From Lysobacter sp. (GTDB lineage: Bacteria; Pseudomonadota; Gammaproteobacteria; Xanthomonadales; Xanthomonadaceae), in NCBI GenBank assembly GCA_044464395.1, contig JBIQLI010000001.1, positions 94,509 to 158,508 of the forward strand: DNA of 64,000 nucleotides, given 5' to 3'. The translations under genes were made by a program, and so were the position numbers. Below the pieces are notes generated by a model. The model ran no database searches. It had not been told where the DNA came from and was given only the letters and a program-made list of their open reading frames with translations. Numbering within the stretch: position 1 is the stretch's first letter; every line of letters starts with the position of its first letter. Shown in pieces: positions 50,315 through 61,605 of this stretch.

Positions 50315-51543
50315 ATGAAGTTCGAACGCAAGTGGGTGGCGGCGGCGCTGGTCGTCGCCGTCGTGGCGGTGCCGTTGCTGGTCCATTCGTGCCGGGGCGA
50401 CGCCGGCAAGCAGGTGGACCTGGTGCAGGTGGAGGCGCGCAGCATCCACCCGACCATCCTCGCGCCGGGCACGCTCGCCTATCGCACCGAGGTGAACCTC
50501 ACCTCGGAAATCACCGGCCGCGTCGCCAGCATCGAGATCGAGGACGGCGATTCGGTGCGCGAGGGCCAGGTGCTGCTGACACTCGATCCGGAGCTCTACC
50601 GCAACGCGGTGGACCGGGCCGAGGCCGGCGTGCGCCAGGGCCGGATCGTGATCGACCGGGCCAGGGCCACGCTCGCGCTGCGCGAGAAGCAGTTCAAGCG
50701 GGCCGAGGCGCTGCTGCAGGAGAAGATGATCGACCAGGGCAGCTTCGACGAGACCCGCAACCAGTTGCAGGTCGCGCGGCTGGAGCTGGAGACCAGCCAG
50801 GAAGACTACCGGCGCGCGCTGTCGGCGCTGGAGGACGCGCGCGAGCAGCTCGGCAAGACCGTGATCCGCTCGCCGATCACCGGCCGCATCGTCTCGCTGC
50901 CGATCAAGGTCGGCGAGACCGCGGTGCCGTCGACCTCGTCCTTCGTCGGCGCGCAGCTGGCGAAGATCGCCGACGTCTCGCGGATCCAGGCCGAACTCAA
51001 GGTGGACGAGGCGGACATTGCCCGGGTCTCGGTGGGCCAGGCGGCCGACGTTTACGCCGCGGCCTATTCGGACACGGCGCTGAAGGGCAGGGTCGAGAAG
51101 ATCGCGCTGGCGCCGACGGTCGAGGGCCAGGGCCGCGCGTACCAGGTCACCGTGGCGCTCGAGGTGCCGGAGTCGGTGGACCTGCGCTCGGGCATGAGCG
51201 TGCGCGCGGAGATCGTGCTGGGCGACGACGCCGAGCTGCCGGCGGTGCCGGTCGAGGCCATCGTCACCCGCATGGGCGAGGACAAGAAGGCCGTGTACTC
51301 GGTGTGGAAGGTCGAAGACGGCATCGCGCGCAAGGTCGAAGTCGAGACCGGCGTGTCCGACGACGCCTGGCAGGCGGTCGGCAAGCCCTTGCAGGTCGGC
51401 GACACCGTCGTGCGCGGGCCGGCGCGGCAGCTGCGCCAGCTCCAGGATGGCGACCGAGTCGAGCAGCGCAAGGACGCGTCCGACAAGGACGACGAAGACG
51501 CGACCGCCGCGGACGACGAGGAAGACGGGTCGGACGCCGGCGA

Positions 51544-51547
<4 letters not shown>
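50315..51547 (+). CDS. MacA/HlyD-family periplasmic adaptor
   Basis: TM segment, lipoyl motif [26 protein letters not shown], a coiled coil, and an acidic C-terminal tail. Confidence 0.88.
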
Positions 51548-52235
<688 letters not shown>

Positions 52236-52239
<4 letters not shown>

Positions 52240-53459
52240 ACGGGATCTTCGGCGAAGCGTTGCGGGCGGCGTTCGCCAGCCTGATGGCGCACCGGATGCG
52301 CAGCTTCCTCACCACGCTGGGCATCCTCATCGGCACTGCCTCGGTGATCGCGGTGGTGTCGCTGGTGCAGGGCATGTCGGCCTCGATCACCGACCAGTTC
52401 TCCGACCTGGGCGGCAACACCATGAGCGTGCAGGCGGTGAACACCAACGAGAACTTCCGCACCGGCAGCCTCAACTACCTCACCTTCGACGACATCGACG
52501 TGCTGCGCTACAAGGTGCCGGGCGTGGACCAGGTGGCGCCGGTGATGGTGGTCCAGGCCGCCGGCGCCAGCTACAAGGGCCGCACCAGCCATCCGCAGGT
52601 GCAGGGCACCACCGCCGAATTCCAGCTCGTGCGCTCGGTGGATACCCGCTTCGGGCGCTTCCTGGTGGACGCGGACGACCGCAACCACTCGCGCGTGGCG
52701 GTGATCGGCGAGCAGTTGCGCGTCGACCTGGAAATGCCGGACAACCCGGTCGGCGAGTTCCTGAAGATCGGCGGCGAGTGGTTCAAGGTGGTCGGCCTGG
52801 TCGAGAAGCAGGGCGAGATCTTCGGCATGAGCCAGGACAACTTCGCGGTGATCCCGTTCGAGGTCGGGCGCGCGATGATGGGCCAGGGGAACAAGCCGAT
52901 GATCGCCGCCAACTTCACCGTGAAGCGCCTGGACCAGGCCGAGGTCGTGCGCGAACGGGTCAAGCGCGCGATCCGGATCTCGCGCAAGCTGAAGCCGGGC
53001 CAGTCCGACGACTTCGAGGTCCAGGCTTCGGACGAGTTCCTGAAGCAGTTCAAGCAGGTCACCGCCACGATCACCGCCGTGATCGGCGGCATCGTCGGCA
53101 TCTCGCTGCTGGTCGGCGGCATCGGGATCATGAACATCATGCTGGTGTCGGTGACCGAGCGCACCCGCGAGATCGGCATCGTCAAGGCGCTGGGCGCCAC
53201 CCGCCGCGACATCCTCACCCAGTTCCTGCTGGAGGCGGCCTTGCTGTCGTTGCTCGGTGGCCTGATCGGCATCGCCCTGGGCTACGGCCTTGGTGCGGGC
53301 GTGTCCGCGCTGATCCCGGGGTTCCCGCCGGCGCGGGTGCCGCTGCTGGCGATGGTCGGCGCGGCCGCGTTCTCGGCGCTGATCGGCGTGGTGTTCGGGA
53401 TCATGCCCGCCTCGAAGGCGGCCAGCATGGATCCGATCGAGGCGCTCAGGTACGAGTGA
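52236..53459 (+). CDS. MacB/FtsX-type ABC permease (407 aa)
   Basis: ATGA overlap with the ATPase gene. [21 protein letters not shown]… TM1, a periplasmic domain and an FtsX domain (…[16 protein letters not shown]…). Confidence 0.9.
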
Positions 53460-53462
53460 CGC

Positions 53463-53801
53463 TCAGGCGTCGTCCTCTTCGGCCGGCGCCATCACCACCG
53501 TTTTCACCGGCGCGGGCGCGGGCCGCCCGCGCGGGGCCGGCAACTGCGCGATCGCTTCCTCGGCCGCGGCCACCAGTTCGCCGCGGCGCGCTTCGGGCAC
53601 TTCCTGCCAGTGGCAGTCGTTGAGCGCGCCCTCGATGGCGTACAGCAGGTTCAGCCCCGGCCGGAACCCGGCGCGACGCACCCGCAGGTACGCTTCCACG
53701 GTGCCGGCGGCTTCCAGGTCCTCGCGCGTGCGCAGGCCGACCTGGCGCAGCCAGGCGGCGGACTTGGGTCCGATGTTGCGCAGTTTCGGTTGTGCGTTCA
53801 T
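53463..53801 (-). CDS. TfoX C-terminal domain protein
   Basis: MNAQPKLRNIGPKSAAWLRQVGLRTREDLEAAGTVEAYLRVRRAGF…, a helix-hairpin-helix-like TfoX_C pattern. Confidence 0.7.
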   Translation of the reverse strand: MNAQPKLRNIGPKSAAWLRQVGLRTREDLEAAGTVEAYLRVRRAGFRPGLNLLYAIEGALNDCHWQEVPEARRGELVAAAEEAIAQLPAPRGRPAPAPVKTVVMAPAEEDDA

Positions 53802-54286
53802 TGCACGGCCTCCACCCAGGCGCGGCCGATCGCTTCCAGGCCGCGGGCATCGTCTTCGTCGAACCGCGCCAGCCGGGGGCTGTCGAGGTCGAGCACGCCC
53901 AGCAGGGTACCGTCTCCGGCGACCAGGGGCACGACGCACTCGGATTGCGAGGCCGAATCGCAGGCGATATGGCCTTCGAAGGCGTTGACGTCGCGCACCA
54001 CCTGGGTCTGGCGGCTGCGGGCCGCGGCGCCGCACACGCCCTGGTCCAGCGGTATCCGGATGCAGGCGGGCAGGCCCTGGAACGGGCCGACCACCAGTTC
54101 CGTGCCGTCGTACAGGTAGAACCCGCACCAGTTGAGGTCCGGCAGCGCGTGCCAGAGCAGCGCCGACAGGTTGGCGGCGTTGGCGATCCGGTCGCGTTCG
54201 CCATGCATCAGCGCGCGCGCCTGCTCCAGCAGCTGCGCGTACTGCTCGGGCTTGGTCCCGGCCAGCGGGATGGCGTGGAAGCTCAT
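53798..54286 (-). CDS. msrC: GAF-domain free methionine-(R)-sulfoxide reductase (YebR/MsrC-like)
   Basis: …LNWCGFYLYDGTELVVGPFQGLPACIRIPLDQGVCGAAA…FEGHIACDSASQSECVVPL. Confidence 0.75.
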   Translation of the reverse strand: MSFHAIPLAGTKPEQYAQLLEQARALMHGERDRIANAANLSALLWHALPDLNWCGFYLYDGTELVVGPFQGLPACIRIPLDQGVCGAAARSRQTQVVRDVNAFEGHIACDSASQSECVVPLVAGDGTLLGVLDLDSPRLARFDEDDARGLEAIGRAWVEAVQ

Positions 54287-54347
54287 GCGGCCATTGTACG
54301 CGGCGGTACCATGCGCGCAGCGCAGCCGCCCTGGAGGGGAACCGGAC

Positions 54348-55067
54348 ATGCCGACGCAGGAGATGGCAGTACAGGAGCGGGGCCGGGAAGTGACCCGGAT
54401 CGAGGCGTTCGTGGATGCCGCGTTCGCCTTTGCGGTGACCCTGTTGGTGATTTCCTTCGATTCGATCCCCGACAGCGTGCCGGCCCTGGTCGAGGCCTTG
54501 AAGGGCGTGCCGGCCTTCGCCGCCAGCTTCGCCCTGCTCGCCTGGATCTGGTGGGCGCACGCCGCCTGGAGCCGCAGCTACGGCCTGGACGACGGCCGCA
54601 GCGTGCTGCTCAGCCTGCTGCTGGTGTTCCTGGTGCTGGTCTATGTCTACCCGCTGCGGCTGATCTTCGGCAGCTTCTTCGAATTCGTGTCGGGCGGGTG
54701 GCTGGACTCGCCGCTGCGGGTGCGCGACCCGGCCGAGCTGCGCGGCATGTTCGTGGCCTACGCGGTGGCTTGGACCACGCTGGGCTGCGTGGTGGTGGCA
54801 CTTTACCGGCACGCCTGGCGCCGGCGCGATGCGCTGGCGCTCAGCCGCCAGGAGCGGATCGAACTGCGCGGGCGGATCGCGATGTACGCGATGATCCCGG
54901 CGACCGGACTGGTGTCGCTGGCATGGATCGGCGCGGTCTCGCTGGCGGGGGTGCCGGGGCTGTCGTCGTTCTCCGGATTCGCCTACGGCCTGATGGGCCT
55001 CACCGGCGTGGCGGCCACGCGCGCTCAGCGCCGGGCTGCGCGCGAATTGCAGGCCGCGCCGGCATGA
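54348..55067 (+). CDS. TMEM175/DUF1211 family membrane protein (putative K+ channel)
   Basis: GGAGGGGA SD. Signature RIEAFVDAAFAFAVTLLV near the N-terminus, with 6 TM segments. Confidence 0.75.
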   Translation: MPTQEMAVQERGREVTRIEAFVDAAFAFAVTLLVISFDSIPDSVPALVEALKGVPAFAASFALLAWIWWAHAAWSRSYGLDDGRSVLLSLLLVFLVLVYVYPLRLIFGSFFEFVSGGWLDSPLRVRDPAELRGMFVAYAVAWTTLGCVVVALYRHAWRRRDALALSRQERIELRGRIAMYAMIPATGLVSLAWIGAVSLAGVPGLSSFSGFAYGLMGLTGVAATRAQRRAARELQAAPA

Positions 55068-55747
55068 GCGACTGGCTGCAGACCGGCGTGTACGTCACCG
55101 GCACCGATACCGGGGTCGGCAAGACCGTGGCCAGTTGCACGCTGCTGCATGCGCTGCGCGCGCGCGGGTTGCGCGCGGTGGGGATGAAACCGTTGGCCAG
55201 CGGCTGCGAGCGCACCCCCGACGGCCTGCGCAACGAGGACGCGCTGGCGCTGCTGGCGGCGAGCGATCCGCAGCCTGCGTATGCCGACCTCAATCCTTAC
55301 GCATTGCCGGAGCCGCTGGCCCCGGAAATCGCCGCGCGCGAGGCCGGCATCGAGGTGGCGCTGGGGCCGATGCTCGAGGCCCATGCGCGCCTGCAGGCGC
55401 TGGCCGACGTGGTGGTGGTGGAAGGCGTCGGCGGCTGGATGGCGCCGCTGGCCGGCGAGCTGATGCAGGCCGACCTGGTGCGCGCGCTGCGCCTGCCGGT
55501 GGTACTGGTGGTCGGCCTGCGCCTGGGCTGCCTCAACCACGCCTATCTCAGCGCACGGGCGCTGGCCGCGGACGGCTGCGAGCTGGTCGGCTGGATCGGC
55601 ACCAACATCGATCCGGCGATGGCGCGGATCGACGAGAACCGCGCGCTGCTGGCCGACCGGCTGCCGGCTCCGTGCCTGGGCTGGCTGCCGTGGCAGGCGC
55701 GGCCGGAGCCCGCGGCGCTGTCGCAGCATTTGCGACTGCCGGCCTGA
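55064..55747 (+). CDS. bioD: Dethiobiotin synthase
   Basis: ATGA overlap with the upstream gene. VYVTGTDTGVGKTVASCTLLHAL P-loop and …VVVEGVGGWMAPL. Confidence 0.88.
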   Translation: MSDWLQTGVYVTGTDTGVGKTVASCTLLHALRARGLRAVGMKPLASGCERTPDGLRNEDALALLAASDPQPAYADLNPYALPEPLAPEIAAREAGIEVALGPMLEAHARLQALADVVVVEGVGGWMAPLAGELMQADLVRALRLPVVLVVGLRLGCLNHAYLSARALAADGCELVGWIGTNIDPAMARIDENRALLADRLPAPCLGWLPWQARPEPAALSQHLRLPA

Positions 55748-55845
55748 GGATGGAGGTCCCCGCGTTCACGACTTCTGGCACGGTCGTGACCGCCGGTCAA
55801 TGTTAGACTCACGGGTACAGGAACCCCCTCCCCCAGAGGTACTTC

Positions 55846-57015
55846 ATGCGCCACTCCTTCGTAGTGCTCGCGCTCGCGGCCGCGTTCTCGCTGACGGCCT
55901 GCGGCAAGGACGACCCCGCGGCCGCCCAGGGCGGCCAGATGCCGCCGCCGGAACTCGGCGTGGTCACCCTGCGCCCGGTGGACGCGCCGCTGACCAAGGA
56001 GCTGGTCGGCCGGCTCACCGCGTTCCGCAGCGCCGACGTGCGCGCCCGCGTGCCGGGCGTGCTGCAGCGCCGCCTGTACGTGGAAGGCAGCGACGTGCGC
56101 AAGGGCCAGCCGCTGTTCCAGATCGACCCCGCGCCGCTGCAGGCGACCCTGGCCCAGGCCGAGGGCGCGCTTGCGCAGGCCCGCGCCGAAGCGGCCAACG
56201 CGCATTCGGCGGCCGAGCGCGCGCGCAACCTGATCGAGGGCAAGTTCATCTCGCGCTCCGACTACGACAACGCCATTGCCGCCGAGCGCACCAGCGCCGC
56301 GGCGGTGCAGGCCGCCCAGGCCGCGGTGCAGGCGGCGCGGATCAACCTGGGCTATGCCACCGTGCGCGCGCCGATCAGCGGCCGCGCCGGCAAGCAGCAG
56401 GTGACCGAGGGTGCGCTGGTCGGGCAGGGCGAGGCGACGCTGCTGACCACGGTCGAGCAGACCGACCCGATGTACGTGAACTTCTCGATCAGCGTGTCCG
56501 AGCTGGCCCAGGTGCGGCAGGCCGCGGAAGGCGCGGTGGGCGACCGCTCAGTGCGGATCCTGCTGCCCGACGGCAGCGCCTACGACCGCCCGGGCGTGCT
56601 CGACTTCTCCGGCGACATCGTCGATCCGGCCACCGGCGCGGTGTCGCTGCGCGCGCGCATCGACAATCCCGACGGCGTGCTGCTGCCGGGCACCTACGTG
56701 ACCGTGCAGGCGATGCTCGGCCAGCTCCAGGACGTGTTCCTGGTGCCGCAGGCCGCGGTGCAGCGCGACGGCCAGGGCGCCTATGTGCTGGTGGTCGGCA
56801 AGGACGGCGTGGTCGTGCGCAAGGACATCGTCACCGGCGCCGCCCAAGGCAACGCCTGGGTGGTGCGCGAAGGACTGGCGGCCGGCGACCAGGTGGTCGT
56901 GTCCGGCATCCAGCGCGCGATCCCGGGACAGCCGGCGAAGGCGGTGCCCGCGCAGCCCGAAGGCGGGGCCGGCAAGCCGCCGCAGGCCGCCGCGCCCGCT
57001 CCCGCGCAGGACTGA
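55846..57015 (+). CDS. RND efflux periplasmic adaptor lipoprotein (AcrA/MexA family)
   Basis: Lipobox LALAAAFSLTA/C, and INLGYATVRAPISGRAGK typical of the AcrA family. Confidence 0.9.
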   Translation: MRHSFVVLALAAAFSLTACGKDDPAAAQGGQMPPPELGVVTLRPVDAPLTKELVGRLTAFRSADVRARVPGVLQRRLYVEGSDVRKGQPLFQIDPAPLQATLAQAEGALAQARAEAANAHSAAERARNLIEGKFISRSDYDNAIAAERTSAAAVQAAQAAVQAARINLGYATVRAPISGRAGKQQVTEGALVGQGEATLLTTVEQTDPMYVNFSISVSELAQVRQAAEGAVGDRSVRILLPDGSAYDRPGVLDFSGDIVDPATGAVSLRARIDNPDGVLLPGTYVTVQAMLGQLQDVFLVPQAAVQRDGQGAYVLVVGKDGVVVRKDIVTGAAQGNAWVVREGLAAGDQVVVSGIQRAIPGQPAKAVPAQPEGGAGKPPQAAAPAPAQD

Positions 57016-57021
57016 CCCGCC

Positions 57022-60000
57022 ATGTCCCGTTTCTTCATCAACCACCCGGTGTTCGCATGGGTGATCGCGATCCTGATCGCGCTGGGCGGCATCCTCGCGA
57101 TCGGCGACATGGGCGTGGAGTCGTACCCGAACATCGCCCCGCCGCAGGTGATCGTCAACGCCGCGTATCCCGGCGCCAGCGCCGAGACCACCGAGAAGGC
57201 GGTCACCCAGATCATCGAGCAGCAGCTCACCGGCATCGACAACCTGGTGTACTTCAGCTCGTCCTCGAGCGCGTCGGGCGGCAGCGGCATCACCCTGACC
57301 TTCGCGCCGGGCACGGATCCGGACATCGCCCAGGTGCAGGTGCAGAACAAGGTCGCGCTGGCGACCCCGCGCCTGCCGTCTGAAGTGGTCCAGCAGGGCG
57401 TGGTGGTGGCCAAGGCCAACTCCGGCTTCCTGATGGTGGTGGCGCTGCGCTCGAGCAACCCGGCGTTCGACAAGAACGCGCTCTCGGACCTGATCGCCTC
57501 CAGCGTGCTCGACCAGATCGCGCGCGTGCCCGGCGTCGGCAGCACCCAGCTGTTCGGCGGCGAGTACGCGATGAACATCTGGCTCAACCCGGAGAAGCTG
57601 CGCGGCTACGGGCTGTCGGCGACCCAGGTGCTGCAGGCGGTGCGCGCGCAGAACGTGCAGTTCGCGGCCGGCAGCATCGGCTCGGAGCCGTCCTCGCCGG
57701 GCACCGCGTTCACCGCCACGGTGACCGCGGAAGGCCGCTTCAGCACCGCCGAGGAATTCGCCAACATCATCCTGCGGGCGGATCCCGATGGCGCGACGGT
57801 GCGCCTGGGCGACGTCGCCAGGGTGGAGAAAGGCGCCTCGGCCTACGGCTTCGACCTGCGCTGGAACGGGCAGCCGGCCTCCGGCTTCGCGGTGCAGCTC
57901 GCTCCCGGCGCGAACGCGCTGGGCGTGGCCGACGCGGTGCGCGAGCGCATGGACCAGCTCGCCCAGACCTTCCCCGAGGGCGTGGAGTGGTTCTCGCCGT
58001 ACGACAGCTCCGACTTCGTCGAGATCTCGATCACCGAGGTGCTGAAGACGCTGGGCGAGGCCTTCGTGCTGGTGTTCCTGGTGATCCTGCTGTTCCTGCA
58101 GAACTTCCGCGCCACGCTGATCCCGACGCTGGTGATCCCGGTGGCACTGCTGGGCACGTTCCTGGGCCTGTACCTGCTCGACTTCACCGTCAACCAGCTC
58201 ACCCTGTTCGGCGTGGTGCTGGCGATCGGCATCGTCGTGGACGACGCGATCGTGGTGATCGAGAACGTCGAGCGGATCATGACCGAGGAAGGCCTGTCGC
58301 CGAAGGACGCGACGGTCAAGGCGATGGGCCAGATCAGCGGCGCGGTGGTCGCGATCACGGTGGTGCTGGCCGCGGTGTTCGTGCCCAGTGCGTTCCAGGG
58401 CGGCTCCGCCGGCGAGATCTACAAGCAGTTCGCGATCACCATCGCGCTGGCGATGGCGTTCTCCGCATTCCTGGCGCTGGGCTTCACCCCGGCGCTGTGC
58501 GCGACGCTGCTCAACCACACCCCGGACCACCACCGAGAGAACGTCATCTTCCGCGGTTTCAACCGGATCTACGCGCGGGTCAGCAACACCTATGTGCGCC
58601 ACATCGGCCAGGCGATCACCCACGCGCCGCGCTGGATGGCGGTGTTCGCGGCGCTGGCGCTGCTGTGCGGCTTCCTGCTCACCCGCCTGCCGGGCAGCTT
58701 CCTGCCGGAAGAGGACCAGGGTTACGCGCTGGTCATCGTCACCCTGCCCGCCGGCGCGTCGCTGGAGCGGACCAAGGACGTGTTCGAGGACGTGCAGGCG
58801 ACGCTCGAGCCGATGCCCGGCTTCGAGAGCATGATGGGCGTGGCCGGCTTCAGCTTCATCGGCCAGGGCGAGAACGTCGGCATGGCGTTCGTCAAGCTCA
58901 AGCCCTGGGACGAGCGCGACATCACCGCGCAGGAGTTCATCCAGAACGCCAACGGCGCGCTGTTCGGGATCCGCGACGCGCAGATCTTCGTGATGAACCT
59001 GCCCACGGTGAACGGCCTGGGTGCGTTCGGCGGTTTCGACATGTTCCTGCAGGACCGTGCCGGCCAGGGCCGCGACGTGCTCGGCCAGGCGATGGGGCAG
59101 TTGCTCGGCGCGGCCGCGCAGACCCCGGCGGTGACCGCGGTGCGCCCGAACACGCTGCCGCCCGCGCCGCAGCTCCGGCTCACCGTGGACCGGGTGCAGG
59201 CGCAGGCGATGGGCCTGTCGGTCGGCGACATCTACAGCGCGATCCAGCTCATGCTGGCGCCGGTGTACGTCAACGACTTCGTCGACGGCGGCCGGGTGAA
59301 GCGCGTCACCATGCGCGCCGACGCCGGCTTCCGCGACGACGCCGGTGCGCTGGCGAAGTTCTACACCCCGAGCCCGCGCGCGGGCGGCGAGGACGGCACG
59401 CCGCGGATGGTGCCGCTGTCCAACGTGGTCGACTACAAGTGGGAAGTCGCTTCGCCGTCGCTGACTCGCTACAACGGCTACGCCGCGGTGGAGATCGTCG
59501 GCCAGCAGGCGCCCGGGCACAGCTCGGGCGAGGCGATGGAGGCGATGGAAGGCATCGTCGAGCAGCAGTTGCCGGAAGGCATCGGCTACGACTGGACCGG
59601 CCAGTCCTACCAGGAAATCCTGTCCGGCAGCCAGGCGCCGATGCTGATGGCGCTGTCCATCCTGGTCGTGTTCCTGTGCCTGGCCGCGCTGTACGAAAGC
59701 TGGTCGGTGCCGGTGTCGGTGCTGCTGGTGGTGCCGCTGGGCGTGCTCGGCGCGGTGGTGTTCACCATGCTGCGCGGGTTGCCGAACGACATTTTCTTCA
59801 AGATCGGCCTGATCACCGTGATCGGCCTGGCGGCGAAGAACGCGATCCTGATCATCGAGTTCGCGATCCAGGAACGCGCCGCCGGCAAGCCGCTGAGGCA
59901 GGGCGTGGTGGAGGCGGCGAAGCTGCGTTTCCGCCCGATCCTGATGACCTCGTTCGCGTTCATCATGGGCGTCACCCCGCTGGCGATCTCCAGCGGTGCC

Positions 60001-60147
60001 GGCGCCAATGCCCGCCACGCCATCGGCACCGGCGTGATCGGCGGCATGCTGTTCGCCACCTTCCTCGGCCTGCTGCTGATCCCGGTGTTCTACGTCGTGG
60101 TCCGCCGGCTGCTGGGCGACAAGATGGACGAAGTCCCCCGCACCTGA
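57022..60147 (+). CDS. RND multidrug efflux transporter (AcrB/MexB family)
   Basis: 1041 aa. Begins MSRFFINHPVFAWVIAILI. The 12-TM / two-loop architecture is inferred from length and family, not checked segment by segment. Confidence 0.93.
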   Translation: MSRFFINHPVFAWVIAILIALGGILAIGDMGVESYPNIAPPQVIVNAAYPGASAETTEKAVTQIIEQQLTGIDNLVYFSSSSSASGGSGITLTFAPGTDPDIAQVQVQNKVALATPRLPSEVVQQGVVVAKANSGFLMVVALRSSNPAFDKNALSDLIASSVLDQIARVPGVGSTQLFGGEYAMNIWLNPEKLRGYGLSATQVLQAVRAQNVQFAAGSIGSEPSSPGTAFTATVTAEGRFSTAEEFANIILRADPDGATVRLGDVARVEKGASAYGFDLRWNGQPASGFAVQLAPGANALGVADAVRERMDQLAQTFPEGVEWFSPYDSSDFVEISITEVLKTLGEAFVLVFLVILLFLQNFRATLIPTLVIPVALLGTFLGLYLLDFTVNQLTLFGVVLAIGIVVDDAIVVIENVERIMTEEGLSPKDATVKAMGQISGAVVAITVVLAAVFVPSAFQGGSAGEIYKQFAITIALAMAFSAFLALGFTPALCATLLNHTPDHHRENVIFRGFNRIYARVSNTYVRHIGQAITHAPRWMAVFAALALLCGFLLTRLPGSFLPEEDQGYALVIVTLPAGASLERTKDVFEDVQATLEPMPGFESMMGVAGFSFIGQGENVGMAFVKLKPWDERDITAQEFIQNANGALFGIRDAQIFVMNLPTVNGLGAFGGFDMFLQDRAGQGRDVLGQAMGQLLGAAAQTPAVTAVRPNTLPPAPQLRLTVDRVQAQAMGLSVGDIYSAIQLMLAPVYVNDFVDGGRVKRVTMRADAGFRDDAGALAKFYTPSPRAGGEDGTPRMVPLSNVVDYKWEVASPSLTRYNGYAAVEIVGQQAPGHSSGEAMEAMEGIVEQQLPEGIGYDWTGQSYQEILSGSQAPMLMALSILVVFLCLAALYESWSVPVSVLLVVPLGVLGAVVFTMLRGLPNDIFFKIGLITVIGLAAKNAILIIEFAIQERAAGKPLRQGVVEAAKLRFRPILMTSFAFIMGVTPLAISSGAGANARHAIGTGVIGGMLFATFLGLLLIPVFYVVVRRLLGDKMDEVPRT

Positions 60148-60170
60148 GACGGGGCCCGAAGCGGAAACGT

Positions 60171-60194
60171 GTAGAGCCGACCCATGGTCGGCTC
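60171..60194. repeat. REP-like element downstream of the RND transporter
   Basis: GTAGAGCCGACCCATGGTCGGCTC. Confidence 0.8.
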
Positions 60195-60249
60195 TCATTT
60201 TTCCGGACCCCCGCTGGACGCCCTGCCCCCCACCGGGCATAAAGCCGGC

Positions 60250-61497
60250 ATGGACTGGGATACCGCATTGCGCGGCTGGGTCGCCGCACTGGCGATCGGC
60301 CTGCTGGTGGGCGTGGTGCGCGAGCGCCGCGCCGCGGACGATGCCACCGGCGCCCCGATCCGGGCCGGGCTGCGCACGCATGCCATGGTCGCGCTGGCGG
60401 GGGCGGTCGCGGCGCACCTGGGCACGGGCGCGCTGGTGGTGGCGCTGGCCGCGATCGCCGGGCTGGCGATCACCAGCTACCTGGCCAGCCAGCACGAAGA
60501 CCCGGGCATGACCGGCGAGATCACCCTGCTGCTCACCGCATTGCTGGGCGCCATGGCCCCGAGCCGGCCGGCGTTGGCCGCGGCACTCGCGGTGGTCGCG
60601 TCGATCCTGCTGCAGGCCAAGCAGCCGTTGCACCGGCTGGTGCGCGAATCGATCCGCGAAGGCGAACTGCGCGATGCGCTGCTGCTCGCGGCCGCCGCGC
60701 TGGTGGTGCTGCCCTTGCTGCCCGATCACCCGATCGACCCCTGGGGCGCGCTGCGCCCGGCACTGCTGTGGAAGTTCGTGGTGCTGGTGATGGGCGTCGG
60801 GATGCTCGGCCACGTCGCCTTGCGCGCGGTGGGCGCGCGCTGGGGCCTGGCCATCGCCGGCTTCTTCGCCGGCTTCGCATCGTCCACCGCCGCGGTGGCC
60901 GGCTTCGGCGGGCGCGTGCGCGAGCAGCCGGCGTTGCGCACGTCCGCGGTGGCGGCGGCGCTGCTGTCGAACGTGGCCTCGCTGCTGCTGTTCGCGACGA
61001 TCCTCGGCATCGGCGCACCACACCTGCTGCGGTCGATGGCACTGCCGCTGGCCGCGGCGGGGCTGGTGCTGCTGGCCGGAGGCGCGCTCGGCCTGCGTGC
61101 GCCGGGTGGCGACCGCAGCCTGCCGCGCGAACCGCCCGCCCGCGCCTTCCACCTCAGCCATGCGTTGCTGCTTGCCGTGGTGGTCGCCACGGTGATGCTG
61201 GTCTCCGCCTGGATGCGCGCCTGGTTCGGGGAAGGCGCGGCATTGCTGGCGGCGGCGCTGGCGGCACTCGCGGAGCTGCACGCGGCCGGCGCCACGCTGG
61301 CCCAGCTCGCCAGCTCCCATGCGCTGGAATTCGAACACGCGCGCTGGGGCGTGCTTGCGCTGCTGTCGGCGGCGGCGCTGTCGAAGTCGGTGCTGGCGTT
61401 CGCCAGCGGCGGCGCCGGTTACGGCTGGCGTGTGGGGTTGGGGTTGGCGGCGTCGGTGGTGGCGGCCGCGGCGGTGTTGTTGCTGCCCGTCACCTGA
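60250..61497 (+). CDS. MgtC/SapB-family plus DUF4010 membrane protein
   Basis: ATG 60250 (MDWDTALRGWVAALAIGLLVGVVRERR…). The remainder is polytopic. Confidence 0.7.
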   Translation: MDWDTALRGWVAALAIGLLVGVVRERRAADDATGAPIRAGLRTHAMVALAGAVAAHLGTGALVVALAAIAGLAITSYLASQHEDPGMTGEITLLLTALLGAMAPSRPALAAALAVVASILLQAKQPLHRLVRESIREGELRDALLLAAAALVVLPLLPDHPIDPWGALRPALLWKFVVLVMGVGMLGHVALRAVGARWGLAIAGFFAGFASSTAAVAGFGGRVREQPALRTSAVAAALLSNVASLLLFATILGIGAPHLLRSMALPLAAAGLVLLAGGALGLRAPGGDRSLPREPPARAFHLSHALLLAVVVATVMLVSAWMRAWFGEGAALLAAALAALAELHAAGATLAQLASSHALEFEHARWGVLALLSAAALSKSVLAFASGGAGYGWRVGLGLAASVVAAAAVLLLPVT

Positions 61498-61605
61498 ATT
61501 CCCGCCTGAATGCACAGTTTCGCGATCCCGTCGCGGGATTGCGTTGTTTCCCTTCGCGTTTGACGCCTAGAGTCGGGCAAGCGTTCGGAAAGTGGGGAAG
61601 TCGCT

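Noticed and set aside
56548-61515. 1655-aa minus-strand ORF opposite the RND pump and MgtC-like genes.
   Set aside because: It is the same kind of artefact. The plus-strand genes have unmistakable AcrA/AcrB signatures.
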